DNA of 64,000 nt from Rickettsiales bacterium (GTDB lineage Bacteria > Pseudomonadota > Alphaproteobacteria > Rickettsiales > JABCZZ01). The notes under the pieces were generated by a model. It did no database searches. It had not been told where the DNA came from and saw nothing but the letters and a program-made list of their open reading frames with translations. Positions 55,120 through 64,000 of this stretch are shown in pieces. Where the stretch lies: assembly GCA_035765535.1 (NCBI GenBank), contig DASTXE010000005.1:36684-100683 (forward strand), given 5' to 3'. The first letter of the stretch is position 1, and the number at the start of each line of letters is the position of its first letter. A program made the position numbers and the translations under genes.

Positions 55120-55260
55120 TACAATTTATCTCAAACGCTGGTGACTTATCTCCAGAATTCATTATATTGACAACATGGCGATTAGAAAAGTTAAGTTTTT
55201 GTGACATCGTAAAGTAACACACTGATTAATAATGTATAATTTAACCACGAGAGTTTAAAG

Positions 55261-56550
55261 ATGCGCGTTTCCCGTTTTTTCCTGCCCCTGCTTAAAGAAA
55301 CCCCCTCGGAAGCCCAGATTGTTTCCCATCGCCTGATGTTGCGCGCCGGGATGATCAAATTACAGGCAGCGGGTATCTACAGCTGGCTGCCACTGGGGCT
55401 TAATGTCCTGAATAAGGTAGAAAATATTGTCGCGGATGAGTTGAATAAGGCCGGATGTATTCAATTGCGTATGCCAACACTTCAACCAGCTGATTTATGG
55501 AAAGAATCCGGGCGTTATGATGCGTATGGCGAAGAAATGCTGCGTTTTCCCGACCGTTCGGGGCGTGAGTTGCTCTACAGCCCGACCTGCGAGGAAGTGA
55601 TTGTCGATATTTTCCGCAGCTATGTGAAGAGCTACAAATCCTTGCCGCTCCATCTCTACCAGATCAATTGGAAATTCCGCGATGAGATCCGCCCCCGTTT
55701 CGGTGTCATGCGCGGTCGTGAATTCCTGATGAAAGATGCCTATTCCTTCCATGTGGATATTGAGGATGCCAAGCGCGAATATTCCAAGATGTATGAGGTT
55801 TACCATAATATTTTCCACCGCATGGGACTCGTTACAATTGCAGTGAATGCTGCGACGGGAGAAATTGGCGGAAGCCAGAGCCACGAGTTTCATGTGCTGG
55901 CAGAAACCGGTGAGAGCCAGGTTTATTACGATGCCGTAGTGGATGATTACCGTAGTGGCAAGATCGCATTCGACAGTGAAAAACTTCGTGGGCTTTATGC
56001 TGCAGCGGATGAAATGCATGATGCTGCGAAATGCCCCGTGCCTGCGGACCGTCTGCGTACGGCACGCGGTATCGAAGTGGGGCAGATATTCCTGCTGGGA
56101 CGCAGATATACGGATGCGATGAAAGTGGATGTAACCGGACCGGACAGTCAGCCCGTTCGCGTGGAAATGGGGACTTACGGTATCGGCGTTTCCCGTCTGC
56201 TTGGTGCGATTATAGAAGCTAATCACGATGAAAACGGCATTATCTGGCCGGAGCCGGTAGCGCCCTACCGTGTGGGGCTTATCAATATCCGTGTTGGCGA
56301 TGCTGCATGCGATAAAGCGGCAGAAGAATTATATAGTAAACTTATCGCTGCAGGCGTAGAGACTTTGTATGACGATACTGCGGAGAGCGCCGGCAAGAAG
56401 TTTTCGGGTATGGATCTCATCGGCCTTCCGTGGCAGGTTGTCGTAGGCCCCAAGGGGGTGGCTGCGGGAGTCGTTGAACTGAAAAACCGCCGCACCGGCG
56501 AAAAGATTGAATTGTCACAAGAAGCATTATTAGGAAAGCTTACAGCATGA
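55261..56550 (+). CDS. proS: Proline--tRNA ligase (short form without the large INS editing domain)
   Basis: 429 aa, with class II motifs ([44 protein letters not shown]) and a C-terminal anticodon-binding domain. Confidence 0.93.
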   Translation: MRVSRFFLPLLKETPSEAQIVSHRLMLRAGMIKLQAAGIYSWLPLGLNVLNKVENIVADELNKAGCIQLRMPTLQPADLWKESGRYDAYGEEMLRFPDRSGRELLYSPTCEEVIVDIFRSYVKSYKSLPLHLYQINWKFRDEIRPRFGVMRGREFLMKDAYSFHVDIEDAKREYSKMYEVYHNIFHRMGLVTIAVNAATGEIGGSQSHEFHVLAETGESQVYYDAVVDDYRSGKIAFDSEKLRGLYAAADEMHDAAKCPVPADRLRTARGIEVGQIFLLGRRYTDAMKVDVTGPDSQPVRVEMGTYGIGVSRLLGAIIEANHDENGIIWPEPVAPYRVGLINIRVGDAACDKAAEELYSKLIAAGVETLYDDTAESAGKKFSGMDLIGLPWQVVVGPKGVAAGVVELKNRRTGEKIELSQEALLGKLTA

Positions 56551-57122
56551 TAAAAAGTCTTTTACTCTCTGCTTTATTGTTGCTACCGCTCACGGCGAAT
56601 GCAGGTGGAATGCCGCATTGGAAAGTGAATGCAGGCAAGAGCTGGGTTCAATGGGCAACCGTCTCTTCCGGTAAGCCTATTACAGGTTTTTTCCCAACCT
56701 TTTCTTCCGACATCGTATTTGATCCTGCACAGCTTAATAAGAGCAGTGTGCGTGTAGAAATCAAAACGGAGGAAGTGAAAACGGATGATACGGATGCACG
56801 TGAAAACCTTCCAAGCCGAGATTGGTTTGCCAGCAATCAGTATCCGTTGGCGATCTTCAATTGTACCCAGTTCCAGTCTCTGGGAGGCGGCCGCTATCTT
56901 GCCAATGGTACGTTGACGCTGCGTGATAAAAGCCTTCCGGTGCAATTGCCATTCTCCCTGAAGATAAGCGGGAACACAGCGGTAATGGATAGTGACGTGG
57001 TCTTGAAGCGCCTGGATTTCGGCGTGGGGCAGGGCTCATGGGCAGATACGAACGCCATTGCAGATGCCGTCAAAGTGAAAGTGCATGTGGAAGCTGAGTT
57101 AGCTGCTGCGCGCGGAGGGTGA
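56547..57122 (+). CDS. YceI-family periplasmic protein
   Basis: 191 aa. Signal peptide and the YceI pattern ([13 protein letters not shown]..., [25 protein letters not shown]). ATGA overlap with proS. Confidence 0.8.
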   Translation: MIKSLLLSALLLLPLTANAGGMPHWKVNAGKSWVQWATVSSGKPITGFFPTFSSDIVFDPAQLNKSSVRVEIKTEEVKTDDTDARENLPSRDWFASNQYPLAIFNCTQFQSLGGGRYLANGTLTLRDKSLPVQLPFSLKISGNTAVMDSDVVLKRLDFGVGQGSWADTNAIADAVKVKVHVEAELAAARGG

Positions 57123-58010
57123 GCCTGTTGAATGCGCAAATTCCGGTCTGCCGATTTTGTGCAGCCACAGTACGCCGGGCAGGCAGGCTATAAAGGAGAG
57201 CGCGAAGAAGCACAGTGATAGGGAAATGCCTAATTCTCCATCGGCACTGCTTTCCGTATAATGGCGCAAAAGCGTTGCACCGTAATAATATGCGCTTTCT
57301 TTGATGCCCAGGCCGCCGACGGAGATCGGGATCATGGCGGCAACGCTGGCAGCGCAATAGAGTGTGGCGTAGTCGATAAATCCGTGACCGTTACCAAGCG
57401 ATCGCCAAAGCATCCAGACGGTCAGTACCCAGAATACTTGCGCGGAAAAAGAGTAATGCAGTGAAACCAGCATGGTTTTAGCAGGTTGTTTCAGCAAAAT
57501 CCATGAGAGGGCAGTGTAACCAATGAGTGTCAGTGCCGCCGCTGCAATTAGCAAGGGTTTGTGATAGGGGATAGCGGAGGTCCAGTTGTAACCCCACAGG
57601 CTGGCATACATAAATAATAATAGAATACACAAGCCGCTGGCGCGGTCGGCCACCATAATTTGAATGCCTTTTGCAGTCGGCATGTCGAAGCGCTTGCGCG
57701 ATAGCATGACCTTATATGCATCGCCGCCAATGCCGCCAGGCAACAGGAAATTATAAAATGTTCCCACGTAAAACAGGATAACGGCGAATTTGTGGGAAAG
57801 ATGATAACCGGAGCGTTGGAAAAAATAACGGGTACGCAAAGCGGAAATAAGCTGTGCGATTGTCATGCACAACAAAGCGCCCAGCAAGTGCAGTGTCGAG
57901 ATATGGCGCATGTAGCTGCCGATCTTTTCTATATCGGTTTTATACAGTATTAATGCCAGCAGCAGAAGAGCCAGCACATACTTGGCTACGGATTTGGTTT
58001 TTGACGTCAT
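57099..58010 (-). CDS. Flippase-like / lysylphosphatidylglycerol-synthase TM-region (UPF0104) family membrane protein
   Basis: 303 aa, polytopic. The N-terminus (AKYVLALLLLALILYKTDIEKI...IAQLISALRTRYFF) is typical of the family. Its 3' end overlaps the convergent yceI by 24 nt. Confidence 0.65.
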   Translation of the reverse strand: MTSKTKSVAKYVLALLLLALILYKTDIEKIGSYMRHISTLHLLGALLCMTIAQLISALRTRYFFQRSGYHLSHKFAVILFYVGTFYNFLLPGGIGGDAYKVMLSRKRFDMPTAKGIQIMVADRASGLCILLLFMYASLWGYNWTSAIPYHKPLLIAAAALTLIGYTALSWILLKQPAKTMLVSLHYSFSAQVFWVLTVWMLWRSLGNGHGFIDYATLYCAASVAAMIPISVGGLGIKESAYYYGATLLRHYTESSADGELGISLSLCFFALSFIACLPGVLWLHKIGRPEFAHSTGSPSARSS

Positions 58011-58039
58011 GAATTACCGGCGTACTTGCTGCAAGGATG

Positions 58040-58855
58040 CTATTTCTTCGGCAGGTATTGTTCGGGATCAACAGGGGCTCTGCCTTTGCGCAGCGAGAAA
58101 TGCAGCTGCGGTGTTTTGGCGTTTCCGCTGGCGCCGACATAGGCGATGATGTCGCCCTGTTTCACGTGCTGGCCTTTCTTAACCGCGAGCCTGCTGGCAT
58201 TGGCATAAGCGGTAAGCCATGAATTGTCGTGGCGCAGGATCACCATATTGCCGTAGTCTTTCAGATCGTCACCGGAATAGACCACGGTACCGCTGGCAGC
58301 CGCAACGATAGGCTCCCCTTCTTCAAGGGAGATATTGATACCGTCATTCTCGGCACCCTTGAAATGCGCGGTGATCTTGCCTCCGGTTACCGGCCAGATC
58401 AGGCCGATACCGTCATGCGCATATACTTTTCCGGGAGCGGAAGCATCCGCTGCGCCTGCCACGGGGGCTGCTGCGGGCTGTTCCAGTGGCTTGGAGGGAG
58501 GGGTATTAAACGGGGAGGAGATATCCTCGTTGGTGACGGTAATGCTGTTGTCCGTGTTGCTGCCGCCGTAGGTATTAACATCATTGCCGTTGGGCGAGTG
58601 TTTCTGATTCGCCTGCACGGGGGGCAGGTCCGATTCTCCCACGGTGGGTACCGCAGCTGCTTTCACAGGTCTGGAAGCCGGAGTTCCGGGGCTATAAGAA
58701 GAGCTATTATCATCTGCCTCCCCGTAGCTGGCGGAACCTTCGCCGCGGCCATAATATTTCTTGCCAAGGTCTTCTACCGGGGCCTGGTTGGGAGAGCATG
58801 CTGCCAGCAACAATATTGCCAGGCTAGCGAGAGATAAGCGTGTCAGTGCTTTCAT
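58040..58855 (-). CDS. nlpD: M23/LytM-domain lipoprotein, NlpD-like with degenerate catalytic residues
   Basis: Lipobox LLAAC and a Pro-rich linker. The LytM domain has NDGINI where active enzymes have HxGxD, and QLHFSL instead of HLHFE. This suggests an amidase activator rather than an active peptidase. Confidence 0.75.
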   Translation of the reverse strand: MKALTRLSLASLAILLLAACSPNQAPVEDLGKKYYGRGEGSASYGEADDNSSSYSPGTPASRPVKAAAVPTVGESDLPPVQANQKHSPNGNDVNTYGGSNTDNSITVTNEDISSPFNTPPSKPLEQPAAAPVAGAADASAPGKVYAHDGIGLIWPVTGGKITAHFKGAENDGINISLEEGEPIVAAASGTVVYSGDDLKDYGNMVILRHDNSWLTAYANASRLAVKKGQHVKQGDIIAYVGASGNAKTPQLHFSLRKGRAPVDPEQYLPKK

Positions 58856-59547
58856 ATAGAAACCGGCTCCTGTGGGAAAGAGAGTTCATGACGCGCGCGC
58901 CAGTCATCCGTTACGTAATTGATGATGAGCGACCTGCGTGTATCCAGTATTTTGCGTTTCTCGAAGCCGTGATAGCTGTTGGGCTCTTTGGGGACGAAGA
59001 TCATGCCCTGATTCATAAAGGAAGGCGCACGACCGAAATGGCTCTTGTCCGCATTGTAAATATCGGTGCCGAGCGTTTGCGCATCTTCGCCCGTATTGAG
59101 GTAAATCTGGATAGTCACCAGTTTCTCTTTGATATCCATATGCGGTTCAAGCCAGAAGCCATTTTTATCCTGGCAATATTCTATACGCAGATAACTGCCT
59201 GCACAGGATATACCGCATAACTGCTCAATTGACCGGATGACGTCGCGGTTCTGGAAAATATCTGCCACCTGTTTCATTGTGCCATATTCCGCCTGCATCT
59301 GTGGCGAGAAAAAGCGGCGCAGTTCGTTATGACTGTCGCGTTTGCCTTGCGTGTCATATTCACCGGCGGCCTGAATAGGAAGAGCGATAACCTGTTTACA
59401 TAATTCGGTTGGAAGTGCGCCTTCAAACAGCCAGTAGGTGTAAGGGACCGTCTTTTTTTCGGCGTTATTGAAAGCCGTTACGGCACCTGAAATGGCAGCG
59501 TCTGTAGCGGAACTGGAAGAAGCGGAATTCTGTATGGTGGCTTGCAT
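58852..59547 (-). CDS. Putative 2OG-Fe(II) oxygenase superfamily protein
   Basis: 231 aa. Possible HxD...H triad (LEPHMDIKE ... NSYHGFEK) and a downstream Arg (RRSLIINY). Its TGA overlaps the nlpD ATG (ATGA). The family call is tentative. Confidence 0.45.
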   Translation of the reverse strand: MQATIQNSASSSSATDAAISGAVTAFNNAEKKTVPYTYWLFEGALPTELCKQVIALPIQAAGEYDTQGKRDSHNELRRFFSPQMQAEYGTMKQVADIFQNRDVIRSIEQLCGISCAGSYLRIEYCQDKNGFWLEPHMDIKEKLVTIQIYLNTGEDAQTLGTDIYNADKSHFGRAPSFMNQGMIFVPKEPNSYHGFEKRKILDTRRSLIINYVTDDWRARHELSFPQEPVSI

Positions 59548-59633
59548 GGATTTTCTTAATGAATAGAATCTATAATACGTATGCTTAAAAGCTTAGTTTT
59601 TCATACAGCAAAAGCCTGCCTATAGCAAGGCGA

Positions 59634-60251
59634 TTACGCCCCTCTGCCCTTGACGAAGCGTGTGCCGCAAAGCAGGTTATGAAACCCGGTTTTGTCCTTA
59701 GGCAGGGCAATGGACAAGGCCCAGATAAGTGCCATGAAAGCCGCGAGAGCCAATGCTGCAAAGCAAAGCTGCTGGAACTGGCTGAAGGGAACGTGGATAA
59801 TCGTTTCTATTTCAGCAATGCAATCATCCAACCCGATATTCTGTTCCTTGCAGCTCTGCCTTAATTCACTGACAGCCACCAGGTCGAATTTGGACTGTAT
59901 GTACATGATACCTGCAAAGCAGAACATCCAGCCAATGGTGCTGGTAACCAGCCAGTACATAGCCTGTCCGACAGAAACTTTACTGCCGTCTGCATTGCAG
60001 ATATGGAAGTGCAGCAGGTACATTCCGGGAGTGGCTTTCATTCTGCTGGAAAAAAAGAAAGCGTAATAGGCGCATGCCACCACCACGGAGATAGCCTCCT
60101 TTACCCAAGGGTAATCCAGCCCCGGGAGCATCATGATGCCGTAATAAATGGGCGTGAAAATGGCGAGGTCAATACAGACTGATAAGAAGCGTACCCAGAA
60201 ACCGGCATAATCTGTGTGATCGAATTTGCTTTGTGCTATAGTGTCCTGCAT
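59634..60251 (-). CDS. RDD-family membrane protein
   Basis: 205 aa. The YAGFWVRFLSVCIDLAIF start and 3-4 TM segments are typical of RDD-domain proteins. Confidence 0.6.
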   Translation of the reverse strand: MQDTIAQSKFDHTDYAGFWVRFLSVCIDLAIFTPIYYGIMMLPGLDYPWVKEAISVVVACAYYAFFFSSRMKATPGMYLLHFHICNADGSKVSVGQAMYWLVTSTIGWMFCFAGIMYIQSKFDLVAVSELRQSCKEQNIGLDDCIAEIETIIHVPFSQFQQLCFAALALAAFMALIWALSIALPKDKTGFHNLLCGTRFVKGRGA

Positions 60252-60341
60252 ATCGAGCCTTTGTTTTTGGGAAGTTTAAAAACTTTTCAAAATACGTCAA
60301 GGGCTTAACTGAATATTTTTTGCAAAAACGGTCAAAGGCGC

Positions 60342-61256
60342 ATGAATATACTCTTTATTACCAGCGGCAGCATAGGCGATGCTATTATCTCTTCCGGGAT
60401 ATTTAATTATCTTGCCGACCAATATCCGCAGGCGCGTTTTACTGTTGCGGGCGGTCCTGCTGCTGTCAGTGTATTCGAAGCATTTCCGAGACTGGATCGC
60501 ATTATTAAAATTATCAAGCAGCCGCGTAATCGGCATTGGCTCACTTTATGGCAGGAAGTGCGCGGGCAGAAATGGGATATTGTGGTGGATCTGCGCGGAT
60601 CGGCTCTCAGTTATCTGCTAAGGGCAAAGAGGCGCTATGTTTTTTTCCGTCCGGATAAATCCAAGTCGAAAGCTCAGCAGCTTGCGCTGATGATGCGGCT
60701 TCCCGCACCGCCGCCCACGCGACTTTGGTCCAGCGCAGAGGCAAAAGCGAATGCGGAAAAATTACTGCCTGCGGGTAAGCAAATAATCCTGCTGGCTCCT
60801 AAAACCAATTCGGAAGCGAAGGACTGGCCTATTGAGCGATTTGCGGAACTTGCAAAGCGGCTCTGCACGCCGAATACAGTTTTCGTAGTACTTGCAGCGC
60901 AGGTGCAAAAGGAATCTGTGCAGCCTATTATAGAGGCGTTACCCAAAGAGAATGTGCTGGATTTAAGCGGCGTAACCGATCTGCTCACCGCCTATGCAAT
61001 CATGGAGCGTTCGCAACTATTTATCGGCAATGATTCGGGCTTGCTGCATATGGCCGCCGCTTCCGGCATTCGTTGCGTTGGTCTCTATGGGCCTTCTAAC
61101 GACAAGGTTTATGCGCCGCGCGGGCCGCACGTGACAATCGTGAAATCCTATGATTTTGCGATGGGCGAGAAAGAGAAGCGCGACAATAAATACATGCAGA
61201 TGATCAGCGTGGATCAGGTAGAGCAGGCGGTGCGCAGCGCCATGCACTCGCTTTGA
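60342..61256 (+). CDS. Glycosyltransferase family 9 (heptosyltransferase-like)
   Basis: 304 aa, with MNILFITSGSIGDAIISSG and a C-terminal GNDSGLLHMAAASG motif. Confidence 0.75.
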   Translation: MNILFITSGSIGDAIISSGIFNYLADQYPQARFTVAGGPAAVSVFEAFPRLDRIIKIIKQPRNRHWLTLWQEVRGQKWDIVVDLRGSALSYLLRAKRRYVFFRPDKSKSKAQQLALMMRLPAPPPTRLWSSAEAKANAEKLLPAGKQIILLAPKTNSEAKDWPIERFAELAKRLCTPNTVFVVLAAQVQKESVQPIIEALPKENVLDLSGVTDLLTAYAIMERSQLFIGNDSGLLHMAAASGIRCVGLYGPSNDKVYAPRGPHVTIVKSYDFAMGEKEKRDNKYMQMISVDQVEQAVRSAMHSL

Positions 61257-61259
61257 GAG

Positions 61260-62519
61260 TTACCACCGGTGCTCGAAGCGTTTACGCACATACATGGCCA
61301 GTGAGTTCAGCAGGGCCAGTATAACGAGCAGTACAAGAATCCCGGCATCGGTTTTCTGCACGAAGCTTTCCTGCGGATTCGTGGACCAGAGATAGACCTG
61401 CACGGGCATGGTGGTGGCGGGATCCAGCAGGTTATGCGGAATATCCACGATAAAGGCTACCATACCGATCATCAGCAGTGGCGCAGTTTCGCCCATGGCC
61501 CTGGCAATGCCGAGTATCGTTCCGGTCATAATACCGGGAATGGCAAGCGGGAATGTGTGGTGCAGTACGACCTGCAGCGGCGAGGCGCCAAGACCGCGCG
61601 CAGCGTCGCGTATAGTATCCGGAATAGCTCTCAAGCTTGCGCGCGTGGCGATAATGATTGTGGGCAGAATGATAAAGGCAAGCGTAAAACCGCCGGCCAG
61701 TGAGGCTGAGCGTGGCATACCCATAATATTAAGGTATAGCGACAGGCCCAGCAGGCCGTAAACGATGGAAGGAACGGCCGCCAGATTATTGATATTCAGT
61801 TCGATCAGGTCGGTTATCCAGCCTTTGGCAGCGAATTCTTCAAGGTAAATCGCCGCCATTACCCCGACGGGTAAAGCTATCATCATGCAGGCGAGCAATG
61901 TGAGGAGCGATCCAACCATACTTCCCAGGAAACCTGCCAGTTCAGGTTCCAGCGAATCGCCTTGCGTGAAGAAGTAGGGTGAAAAAGTCAGCCGCGCCGC
62001 GTTGTCTCGCTGCAGGCTTTCCAGCCATCCTAACTGCATGTCGCTGATTTTGCGGTTATCCTGTGGTGTTTTGCGCGTGACGTGTTCTTTAAGCGCCATA
62101 TCAACTTTGTCCGAGGCTGGCAGCCATAATTCTACCGGCCGGTGCAGAATTGTTTCGTCCTTCAATATTGCATCGCGCACTGCCTGTATGGCGCCGGAGC
62201 TTAATAGCGCCATTAAAGCACGCGTGTCGTGTGGGTTTTTGACTTCCGGGAAACGAGAGGTCAATGCCTGTTTGATGAACGGGCTGACGTCGGCATGGCG
62301 CCATTTGGACTTCTCACCAAGTGCCGTAGCGTCCACTACGACAGGGAGGCGTATTTCTGCATGGAAGAAACCGTCATAGCCATGTTTGACGATGCTTCCC
62401 AGCAGCAGGACAAGCATGGAAAGCGCCAGGGCTATGGCTAATTGACCGTAAAGTTTGAAACGCCGCTCTGCCTTATGGCGCGCGGCCATATTGGATATTT
62501 GCTTATTCATAAGCCTCAC
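61260..62519 (-). CDS. pstA: Phosphate ABC transporter permease PstA (long form)
   Basis: 419 aa. N-terminal extension with a large periplasmic loop and the EAA-type loop DAARGLGASPLQVVLHHTFP. Confidence 0.88.
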   Translation of the reverse strand: MRLMNKQISNMAARHKAERRFKLYGQLAIALALSMLVLLLGSIVKHGYDGFFHAEIRLPVVVDATALGEKSKWRHADVSPFIKQALTSRFPEVKNPHDTRALMALLSSGAIQAVRDAILKDETILHRPVELWLPASDKVDMALKEHVTRKTPQDNRKISDMQLGWLESLQRDNAARLTFSPYFFTQGDSLEPELAGFLGSMVGSLLTLLACMMIALPVGVMAAIYLEEFAAKGWITDLIELNINNLAAVPSIVYGLLGLSLYLNIMGMPRSASLAGGFTLAFIILPTIIIATRASLRAIPDTIRDAARGLGASPLQVVLHHTFPLAIPGIMTGTILGIARAMGETAPLLMIGMVAFIVDIPHNLLDPATTMPVQVYLWSTNPQESFVQKTDAGILVLLVILALLNSLAMYVRKRFEHRW

Positions 62520-63429
62520 GGTATTTCTTGACGATGCGCAGGGCGATAAAATTAAGGGCGAGCGTTACGGCGAATAATACGAACCCCAGTGCGAAGGCAG
62601 CCAATGTTTTGGGGCTGTCGAACTCCTGATCCCCGACCAGCAGGGACACCATCTGAGCTGTAACGGTGGTGACTGAAGCCAGCGGATTGGCCGTAAGATT
62701 GGCCGCAAGGCCAGCCGCCATGACGACGATCATCGTTTCACCGATGGCGCGTGAAACGGCCAGCAGCATAGCGCCCATGATGCCGGGCAGGGCGGCGGGC
62801 AGCACGACTTTGCGAATGGCTTCGGATTTGGTGGAGCCTAAACCCAACGAAGCGTCGCGCAGGGCACGCGGAACGGCGCTGATAATATCATCCGACAGCG
62901 AAGAAATGAACGGTATGATCATAATGCCCATCACGAACCCAGCGGAAAGCGCGCTTTCCGAAGCAACCGGGATATGCAATGCTGTTCCCAGGGATTTCAG
63001 TACGGGAGTAACGGAAATAATCGCAAAATATCCGTATACTACCGTTGGAATGCCCGCGAGGATCTCCAGTATCGGTTTAATCAGCGCATGGGTCTGACGG
63101 GAGGCGTATTCCGACAGGTAAACAGCAGAAAGAAGACCTATCGGCGTGGCTACGGCCATCGCGATCAGCATGATAAGGCAGGTTCCTGCAAACAGAGGCA
63201 CGGTGCCAAATGAGCCGGAGCTTCCGGCCTGATCGGCACGCATGGCGGTTTGCGGTGTCCAGTGCAGGCCAAACAGAAAATCGAGCGGATTAACAAAATG
63301 GAAGAATTCCAGTGACTTGGAGAGAATGGTGAAGATAATAGCTACTGTCACCGCAATGGAGAATAATGCCGAAAGCATGAACAATGCTTCCAGGAGCTTT
63401 CCGGTCCAGATTTGGTTACTCTTCTTCAT
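62503..63429 (-). CDS. pstC: Phosphate ABC transporter permease PstC
   Basis: 308 aa, with RDASLGLGSTKSEAIRKVVLPAALPG. It overlaps pstA by 17 nt and phoR by 14 nt. Confidence 0.88.
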   Translation of the reverse strand: MKKSNQIWTGKLLEALFMLSALFSIAVTVAIIFTILSKSLEFFHFVNPLDFLFGLHWTPQTAMRADQAGSSGSFGTVPLFAGTCLIMLIAMAVATPIGLLSAVYLSEYASRQTHALIKPILEILAGIPTVVYGYFAIISVTPVLKSLGTALHIPVASESALSAGFVMGIMIIPFISSLSDDIISAVPRALRDASLGLGSTKSEAIRKVVLPAALPGIMGAMLLAVSRAIGETMIVVMAAGLAANLTANPLASVTTVTAQMVSLLVGDQEFDSPKTLAAFALGFVLFAVTLALNFIALRIVKKYREAYE

Positions 63430-64000
63430 AAATCTGCAGATATACGCTGAATGTACTGCCTTCTCCTACCACACTATCAATCGTAAGTATACCGTGATGA
63501 CGGTTGATAATGTGCTTCACAATGGCCAGCCCCAGCCCCGTGCCGCCGATGGAGCGCGTCCTCGCGGAATCCACGCGGTAGAAGCGCTCTGTCAGGCGCG
63601 GCAGATGTTCGCGCGGGATGCCTTCACCGTTATCGATAATAGCAACGCAAAGCGCACGATGAAGTTTGCTGAAATTCGGGTCTTCAGGGATAATAGAGGT
63701 CACGCGGGCGCTGACGGTGACTTCGGTTCCGGCATTGCCGTATTTAATGGCATTGCCGATCAGGTTGTGCATAACTTGGCGTAATTCGCCTTCTTCGCCC
63801 TGCGCGTAAGGCAAATTGTCCGGCACATCGAGCCGGAGCGTCATATTCTTTTCCTTAATTGCCCAGGTGAAGGCTTCTTTTGTGCCGCGAATGAGCTGCA
63901 ACAGGTCCACTTTGCCGTCCGGGATTGTCCACTCATTTGCCTGAATCTTGGAAAGCGTCAGCAGGTCGTCAATCAGGCTTTGCATGCGGTTGGCCTGTTC
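63416..64000 (-). CDS. phoR: Phosphate-regulon sensor histidine kinase PhoR, C-terminal part; gene runs off the right window edge
   Basis: HATPase_c boxes: N (HNLIGNAIKYG), G1 (DNGEGIP), G2 (GGTGLGLAIVKHI). The frame stays open to position 64000. Lies directly upstream of pstC. Confidence 0.75.
   Translation of the reverse strand, partial: EQANRMQSLIDDLLTLSKIQANEWTIPDGKVDLLQLIRGTKEAFTWAIKEKNMTLRLDVPDNLPYAQGEEGELRQVMHNLIGNAIKYGNAGTEVTVSARVTSIIPEDPNFSKLHRALCVAIIDNGEGIPREHLPRLTERFYRVDSARTRSIGGTGLGLAIVKHIINRHHGILTIDSVVGEGSTFSVYLQIYEEE

Noticed and set aside
1-64000. CRISPR arrays, IS elements, rRNA operons, prophage or known defence-system genes
   Set aside because: Reading both strands, I saw no regularly spaced direct repeats and no transposase/integrase/recombinase-like ORFs. 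I also saw no nuclease/helicase/ATPase gene clusters of the kind typical for defence islands.

Overview
About 64 kb of densely packed bacterial chromosome, roughly 50% GC by eye. No rRNA, CRISPR array, transposase or integrase was seen. Gene content and order suggest a flagellated alphaproteobacterium-like organism; this is inference and no database search was possible. The supporting arrangements are lipB-lptB-rpoN, flgF-flgG-flgA-flgH, rapZ-EIIA(Man)-HPr, tig-clpP, zur-znuCBA, a short ProRS, and long-type PstC/PstA behind phoR. Most genes are housekeeping: folC, pyrF, pyrE, rho, valS, proS, trpC, rsmD, and two tRNAs. Many neighbours overlap by 4 nt (ATGA/GTGA), and several convergent gene ends also overlap. 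Candidates for something new, in my order of interest: (1) Three tandem paralogous ArnT/PMT-like GT-C membrane glycosyltransferases (33119-38097). They are divergently paired with a GT2-methyltransferase fusion that is translationally coupled to valS, and the locus sits between clpP and valS. (2) A large type IV pilin-like gene placed immediately downstream of fliI. (3) A tightly coupled pair upstream of an orphan tadB-tadC pair: a protein with a CorA-like C-terminal hairpin and a 7-TM internally duplicated protein. (4) Two otherwise unrelated orphan proteins that share a ~35-aa module, plus other glycine-rich polytopic orphans. (5) An 82-aa gene GTGA-coupled to rpoN where hpf/ptsN normally sit. 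A perfect sigma-54 promoter (TGGCAC-N5-TTGC) precedes flgF. An unlisted 57-aa ribbon-helix-helix gene lies between a DUF167 gene and a SulP permease. All family calls rest on motifs I recognise by eye and need HMM/BLAST confirmation.
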